From: an uncultured delta proteobacterium
GTDB lineage: Bacteria > Myxococcota_A > Polyangia > Polyangiales > Polyangiaceae
DNA length: 64,000 nt
NCBI GenBank assembly: GCA_963850305.1
Contig: CAWKKR010000008.1
Location: 64,001 to 128,000, forward strand
Direction: 5' to 3'
The notes beneath the pieces are model-generated. The model saw nothing but the letters and a program-made list of their open reading frames with translations, was not told the origin of the DNA and ran no database searches. Positions 61,157-64,000 of this stretch are shown here, piece by piece (position 1 is the first letter of the stretch; each line of letters starts with the position of its first letter). The translations under genes were made by a program, and so were the position numbers.

Positions 61157-62450
61157 ATGAAGCAAACTCGGAGTCGTCATCGTCGGAGTCAACGGAGCGG
61201 TCGCGTCGACGCTCATCGCCGGCGTCGAGCTGATGGAGCGCGGGCTCGTCGCCGCGCATCGGCATGGTCACCGAGAGGACCGGCACGCGCGCATCGCCGA
61301 GTCGATCACCGAGCTCCTCGACTTCGCCCCGCTCGAGAGACCTGGTCTTCGGCGGGCTGGGACCTGCAGTTCGCGAACGTGTACGAGGGCGCGCTGCACC
61401 ACAAGGTGCTCCCCCGAGCACGTGCTCGCGTCCGTGCCGGCGACAAGCTCGAGGCGATCACGCCGTGGCCGGCGCGTCTTCTCTCGTGCGTACGCGAGAA
61501 GTCACCGGTCGACAAGAACGTGGTCCGCGCCGAGCGCCATCCGCGAGGAGATCGCCATCCTCGAGCGCAACATCGAGGACTTCAAGAAGGCGAACAACCT
61601 CGACCGCGTGGTGATGGTGAACCTCGCGTCGACCGAGCGCTTCCTCGACGAGCAGCCCGTGCACGCGCAGCCTGCGCGCGTTCGAGGCAGGGCTCGACGC
61701 GCAACGACCCGGCCATCACGCCGGCGATGCGTTACTTCTACGCCGCCAACAAGCTCGGCATCCCGTACTGCAACTTCACGCCGAGCCTGACGAACGTCCC
61801 GGCGCTCGCCGAGCCAGGCCGAGAAGACGCGGCAACCCGTTCGCGGGCATGGACGGCAAGACGGGCCAGACGCTGCTCAAGACGGCGCTGGCGCTCGATG
61901 TTCCGCGTCGCGCCGCCTGCACATCGAGGGCTGGTACTCGACGAACTTCCTCGGCAACAACGACGGGCTCGTGCTCGACGCACCCGGCTCGAACAAGACC
62001 AAGGTGCTGTCGAAGGCGTGCGGTCCTCGACTCGATCGTCGGCTACCACGTGCGAGAACCACCAGGTTCACATCCACTACTACAAGCCCCGCGGCGACTC
62101 GAAAGAGGCCTGGGACAACATCGACATCGTCGGCTTTGCCGGCGTGCCGATGCAGATCAAGGTCAACTTCCTCTGCCAGGACTCGGCGCTCGCGGCGCCG
62201 CTCGTCCTCGATCTCGTGCGGCTCCTCGACGTGGCCAAGCGCGCCGGCGAGAGCGGCATCCAGCGCCAGCTCTCGATCTTCTTCAAGTCGCCGTACGCGG
62301 CGCCGAAGGCGAGACGCCCGTGCACGATCTCTTCAAGCAGGAGAAGCTGCTCCTCGACTGGGCGAAGGCACAGCGCGCGAAGGCAGCGTCCGAACGGTCA
62401 CAGGCCGGCGCCGGAGATCGTCGGTGTCGGCAGGCGAACGCCGAGCGCAC
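61157..62450 (+). CDS. ino1: myo-inositol-1(3)-phosphate synthase (multiple frameshifts, 3' end approximate)
   Basis: LGVVIVGVNGAVASTLIAG, VVMVNLASTE, GMDGKTGQTLLKT, WYSTNFLGNNDG, YYKPRGDSKEAWD, DSALAAPLVLDLVR. Confidence 0.9.
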
Positions 62451-63833
62451 GCCGTGGACGCCGATCGCGCTCTTCGGCGGCACGCCGATCTCTCGAACGC
62501 GGCGCGCATCGAGGTCTGGCCGATCGTCGAGCGACGAGGAGCGGCGCGCCGTCGATCGCGTGCTCGATCGCGGCATCCTGTCGGGCGCGTACGCGCCGGA
62601 GGCGACGGCGCTCGAGCGAGGAGTTCGCGCAGTTCGTCGGCGCGCAGCACTGCCCTGCTGACGCACTGCGGGACCAGCGCGCTCCATGCTCGCGCTCGCG
62701 GCGGCGGGCGTCCGCGCGGGCGACGAGGTCATCGTCCCCGCGTACAGCTTCGTGGCGACGCCGCTCGCGGCGCTGCAGGCGGGCGCCATCCCGGTGTTCG
62801 CCGACGTGGACGCCGCAGACCGGCTGCCTCGATCCCGCGTCGGCCAGCCGCGGCGATGACGTCGCGGACGCGCGCGATCATGCCCGTGCACATCCACGGC
62901 GCGGCGGCGGACATGCGCGCCCTCCTCGACGCTCGCGCGCCGAGCGCGGCCTCGCGCCTCGTCGAGGACGCCGCGCAGGCGCACGGCGCGACGTTCGACG
63001 GGCAAGCCGGTCGGCGCGCTCGGCGCCGCCGGCGGCTTCTCGCTGCAATCGAGCAAGAACCTCGTCGCCGGCGAGGGCGGCGTCTTCGTCACGAACGACG
63101 ACGCGCTCGCCGAAGACGGCCAACGCCGTGCGCAACTTCGGCCAGGACGTCGCGCTCGCCGATGCGGCGCGCTACGACACGGAGCGGCCCCTCGACGGCG
63201 ACACGCGGCGCTCGAGTCGCAGCGCCTCGGCTCGATGTACCGCGGCAACGAGATGATGGCCGCCTTCGCGCGCGCGCAGCTCGCCCGGCTGCCGGACGCA
63301 CCGCGCGCTGCCAGAGCGAACGCCGAGCGGCTCTCGCACGCTGCTTCGCGAGCTCCCGGGCGTGTACGTCGCCCGCGGGCCCGTACCAGGGCCGCACCTC
63401 GGTGCATCACAAGTTCCGCGTGCACCTCGATCCGGTCGAAGGCGGGAGTCGACCTGCCGCCCGCGCCTGCGCGACGCGACTCATCGCGGCGCTGCGCGCC
63501 GAGGGGCTCGAGGTCGTGCTCTGGCAGTCGTCGCCCCTGCCCGCGCAGACCATCTTCCAGAAGCGCGACGTCTCCGGTGGGCTTCCCGCGAGCGCTCGGA
63601 CGCGGGAACTGACCTGGCCACGAACTACGACCCGGCGTCGCTACCCGCGCACGCGGGCGCTGCTCGACGGCTCGCTCGTTGCTTTTCTCCCAGTCGTGCC
63701 CGCTCATCGCGCAGCGCGAAGAGGTGGTCGATCGCTACGCCGAGGCCTTCGCGCGCGTCTGGGAGGGTCGCGTGCGCTGGAGGGCTACGCCCGCAACATG
63801 CTTCACCTGGAGCGACACCGGAGTGGTCCATGA
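62450..63833 (+). CDS. DegT/DnrJ/EryC1/StrS PLP aminotransferase (multiple frameshifts, start approximate)
   Basis: [62 protein letters not shown]. Confidence 0.9.
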
Positions 63834-64000
63834 ACCTGGAAGCGACCGCCCATCCGCGGTCACGGTCCCGTGTCGCTCGCCTTGCACGAATCTTCGCCGC
63901 TCACCTCCGGCTTTGCTCTCGCGGCCTGGCTGGTGCACGGCGTCGGCGCCGCGCGCGTACTCGAAATCCTCCACGCGGCCTGGCACGAGCTGCCGCTGGT
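63830..64000 (+). CDS. 5' part of a membrane protein, possibly with a lysylphosphatidylglycerol-synthase TM (flippase-like) domain; runs off the window
   Basis: ATG overlaps the aminotransferase stop (ATGA); after an apparent frameshift it reads ALAAWLVHGVGAARVLEILHAAW. Confidence 0.4.
   Translation, partial: MNLEATAHPRSRSRVARLARIFAAHLRLCSRGLAGARRRRRARTRNPPRGLARAAAG

Overview
This is a GC-rich (about 70% by eye) bacterial chromosomal segment. Gene content points to a myxobacterium, probably Polyangiaceae/Sorangiineae (inference from the many Gly/Cys-rich lipoproteins, the ECF-FecR-TPR trio and the fibro-slime protein). It holds about 55 genes. These include a Lol-like ABC/LolA operon, a serpin, ArsR/SRPBCC, a CoA-transferase, a glycogenin-like GT8, GH13 and GH3 glycosidases, uvrA, three USPs, ada-alkA/ogt, an ECF sigma module, emrAB-glycerate kinase and two GT-C-like membrane proteins. 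At the right end is an operon of GMC oxidoreductase, GH3 acyl-amido synthetase, inositol-3-phosphate synthase, DegT-type aminotransferase and a flippase-like gene, which looks like an undescribed N-acyl-aminocyclitol or inositol-lipid pathway. Other notable items are a bacterial GT8 that aligns with eukaryotic glycogenin including a candidate acceptor Tyr, two intergenic repeat arrays with helical-turn periodicity (21 bp and 41-42 bp), and gene remnants (FtsK, HTH-citrate synthase). Six isolated +1 frameshifts, and dense frameshifts after about 59.8 kb, most likely reflect long-read consensus errors. I found no rRNA, tRNA, CRISPR array or intact transposase/integrase. All family assignments come from motif recognition by eye; no searches were run.
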